Positions 61,625-64,000 of a stretch of 64,000 nt of DNA are shown here, one piece after another (the stretch's first letter is position 1; every line of letters starts with the position of its first letter). The position numbers were made by a program, and so were the translations under genes. The stretch lies in assembly GCA_963697165.1 (NCBI GenBank), contig CAVOMX010000012.1:1-64000 (forward strand). Reading direction: 5' to 3'. A model generated the notes under the pieces. It was not told where the DNA came from and did not search any database. It saw only the letters and a program-made list of their open reading frames with translations. This DNA comes from Candidatus Bathyarchaeota archaeon (lineage in GTDB: Archaea; Thermoproteota; Bathyarchaeia; Bathyarchaeales; Bathyarchaeaceae).

Positions 61625-62658
61625 GTTTTATCACTTCTGGTCAGTTCTGTGCGTACATAACGATACATCTTACGGAGCAACGATGATATCCCTTTGGGCA
61701 AGAAAACAACTATTATGACAAGAAAGATGCCAAGCCCCAGCAAACGTACTGGCGGTCCCACATTACTTACTGCTGGAAAGAGTGGACTTAGAGCAAGCTG
61801 CAGGGCGCCATCTATGTTTGGCAGAAGCGTGTCAATAAAGACCATTATCGCCGAGCCTATTATTGGACCTTCGATGGTGCCAAGACCGCCGATAACTGAC
61901 ATCATCAGCGGCTGGAATGATTTGTCTGCAACAAAAACTGAGACACTAATGTATTTTAGAAAATGGTAGTAGATTGCGCCTGCCAATCCAGCAAAAAATG
62001 TGCTGAGAACAAATGCGTAAAGTTTGTATTTTGCAGTGTTTATGCCAGTCATGCTTGCTTCAACTGCGTTTTGATGTATTGCTCGGAAAGCTAAACCCAT
62101 TTTTGACTTCATTATGAAATATATCACAGCCACGGTTATTATGCTGATTACAGCTGCAAAGTAATAGAATGGTAATCCTGGTGCTACTAATAATGGAGTT
62201 GGGAAACCAAGAACGGCATGGGTATAGTCATCGAAGTGACTGAACAGGGTTTCTGCGATAACGGAAAAGCCGAAGGTTACCATGGCTAAGAACCAGGCTT
62301 GAAGTCTTACACATGTGACGCCTATCAAAAATCCGATTCCTGCAGAGAATGCAGCTCCGATGAATATTCCGATTATTGGGGGTATGCCCAAGTTTATTGC
62401 AAGCAACGATGAAGTGAATCCGCCTATGCCCAAGAATGCTGCGTGACCTAGTGAGCCTTGCCCCGACATGGCTAATAGATTCCAGCTTGAAGCGTATATC
62501 GTGAAGATGGCGATAAGTGTTAAGATGCGAATAATGTAAGTGTCGCTTACAAAAAGGGGAAAAGCCAAAGAAACTGCGATTGCAATCAGGATTATTCTGC
62601 CTTTTGTGGACTGCAGAATCTTGAGAATGTTGTCTTTCGTGAACTTTTTCCTGAACAT
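61621..62658 (-). CDS. livM: Branched-chain amino acid ABC permease
   Basis: SWNLL..SGQ.SLGHAAF.GIG, G..FRAI, GGLGT..GP..G. Confidence 0.9.
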   Translation of the reverse strand: MFRKKFTKDNILKILQSTKGRIILIAIAVSLAFPLFVSDTYIIRILTLIAIFTIYASSWNLLAMSGQGSLGHAAFLGIGGFTSSLLAINLGIPPIIGIFIGAAFSAGIGFLIGVTCVRLQAWFLAMVTFGFSVIAETLFSHFDDYTHAVLGFPTPLLVAPGLPFYYFAAVISIITVAVIYFIMKSKMGLAFRAIHQNAVEASMTGINTAKYKLYAFVLSTFFAGLAGAIYYHFLKYISVSVFVADKSFQPLMMSVIGGLGTIEGPIIGSAIMVFIDTLLPNIDGALQLALSPLFPAVSNVGPPVRLLGLGIFLVIIVVFLPKGISSLLRKMYRYVRTELTRSDKT

Positions 62659-63534
62659 TTAGTCGCCCTTCTCTCCAAAGAGTCCTTTTGGTCTGAGGAT
62701 AAGAACAATTATTAGAAGTGAAAACGCAACTGCGTCTCTCCAGATGCCGCCAAAAAATATGACTGCTGATTGTTCTGCAATTCCGTATAATAACCCGCCG
62801 ATTATTGCGCCGGGTATGCTTCCTAAGCCACCCAAGATTATGATTGCAAACGCTTTGATGGTTGGTATTGCTCCTATGTATGGAGTGAACGGAGCGATTA
62901 TGCCATAAAGTGAACCTGCGGCTCCAGCTAATGCGGCGCCTAACGCAAAAGTGAAAATGTAAATGTGTTCAATGTTTATTCCCATGAGCATTGCGGCTTG
63001 ACTTTTTTGGCTTGTTGCTCTCATAGCCCTGCCTATCTTGGTTTTCTTAATCAACAAAACTAGCCCAACTAGTATGGCAGCAACAAATGCGAGAGAAATT
63101 AGCCGGTCATAGCTTATGGCCACTTCACCCAAATGTAAGCTCATGTTTTCGAAGGGACTGGTAATTTGTTTAATTTTTTCGCCCCAAATCAGAACAGCAA
63201 TATTGTCAAATACCAGAATCAATCCCAGGCTTACAAAAATTTCGTTAAGTTTGTCTGCTCCCAAAACCCTGCGGAAAGCCAATCTTTCAACTGCTACTCC
63301 AATTAATGCAACTATTCCCATCGACAAGAATAGTGCAATGTAGGCATTCACTCCAAAGACGGTGCTTATTGAGAAGCTTACGTATGCACCCACCATTAGG
63401 AGTTCGCCGTGGGCAAAATTCACCAGCTTCATTACGCCAAAAATTAGATTCAATCCTGTGGCAAGTAAAATGTATATACAGCCTATTGCTACACCCCATA
63501 TCAAAGTTAGAATCAACGTTGTAGCGTCAATCAT
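62659..63534 (-). CDS. livH: Branched-chain amino acid ABC permease
   Basis: GLNLIFGVM..VNFAHGE, G.AMRA, GGLGS..GA, RP.GLFG. Confidence 0.92.
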   Translation of the reverse strand: MIDATTLILTLIWGVAIGCIYILLATGLNLIFGVMKLVNFAHGELLMVGAYVSFSISTVFGVNAYIALFLSMGIVALIGVAVERLAFRRVLGADKLNEIFVSLGLILVFDNIAVLIWGEKIKQITSPFENMSLHLGEVAISYDRLISLAFVAAILVGLVLLIKKTKIGRAMRATSQKSQAAMLMGINIEHIYIFTFALGAALAGAAGSLYGIIAPFTPYIGAIPTIKAFAIIILGGLGSIPGAIIGGLLYGIAEQSAVIFFGGIWRDAVAFSLLIIVLILRPKGLFGEKGD

Positions 63535-63672
63535 TTGATTTTCAACCGTTTGTTTGGCTATATTCTACTTAAAATTTCCGCTATAAGGATAATTCAAGAG
63601 GAAAACAAAAAATTCTAGAAATAAAGAAAAAAGGATGGTTGGGAAGTTCCCGTTGACTTTTGAAAGTCATTC

Positions 63673-64000
63673 TCAGGGACTTCCTAGCGCGTAGTTGTCG
63701 GGAAGCACAAAATCTGCCTGCTTTATTGTGCCAACAATTGGAGCCGTTTCAGGCCAGATTACTTGTGGTCTGCATTCGCCAATGGTTGCATCGTAGTACA
63801 GCTGTTCCACAAAGGTGAACGGAGCAATCTCGTGGTATGCTTCTGTAGCGGTGCTGAACTGGATTTTTCCGCTCTCAGTTATGATCAACATTTGGTTCAT
63901 ATTGCATGATTCTATGGCTGCTCTAATGTCACTCTTGTCTAATGTTCCTGCTCGTTCTATGGCGTCTTTTGCTATATAGAATGCGTCGTATGTGTCTGCG
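63673..64000 (-). CDS. Branched-chain amino acid ABC substrate-binding protein, C-terminal part (truncated by the window edge)
   Basis: YDAFY..KDAIERAGTLD...IR.A, G.I.F, VIWP; directly upstream of livH. Confidence 0.8.
   Translation of the reverse strand, partial: ADTYDAFYIAKDAIERAGTLDKSDIRAAIESCNMNQMLIITESGKIQFSTATEAYHEIAPFTFVEQLYYDATIGECRPQVIWPETAPIVGTIKQADFVLPDNYALGSP

Overview
Archaeal chromosomal window, most likely Bathyarchaeia/TACK. The evidence is eS1 (rps3ae), Rpo12, Taw1, archaeal PyrH and AcdA, an Agl24-like glycosyltransferase and a tRNA-Leu(CAA) with a BHB intron; the taxon itself is inferred from gene content. Housekeeping genes (serS, cysS, pyrF, cysK-cysE, dys-pdaD, ahcY, pyrH, pyk, lysC, thiI, rio2, LSm) are mixed with a surface-glycosylation region. 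That region holds a complete pseB-C-F-G-H-I pseudaminic acid operon, an IS200 remnant, a candidate nonulosonate transferase and WbpD/WbpE-like genes. PKD and NosD-type surface proteins and the end of a liv ABC operon are also present. Main observations: a TPP riboswitch abutting a thiT start codon; a small two-TM protein resembling eukaryotic DPM2 upstream of an NDP-sugar pyrophosphorylase; two unknown paralogs about 29 kb apart sharing an identical 23-bp upstream element; a DHS-pdaD pair; and a multi-hairpin intergenic element. About 15 genes carry single-base frameshifts, probably mostly assembly errors, while a few (nfi, PNPOx, GNAT, tnpA) look truly decayed. No CRISPR array, rRNA or intact mobile element was seen. 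All family calls are by motif recognition, with no database search.
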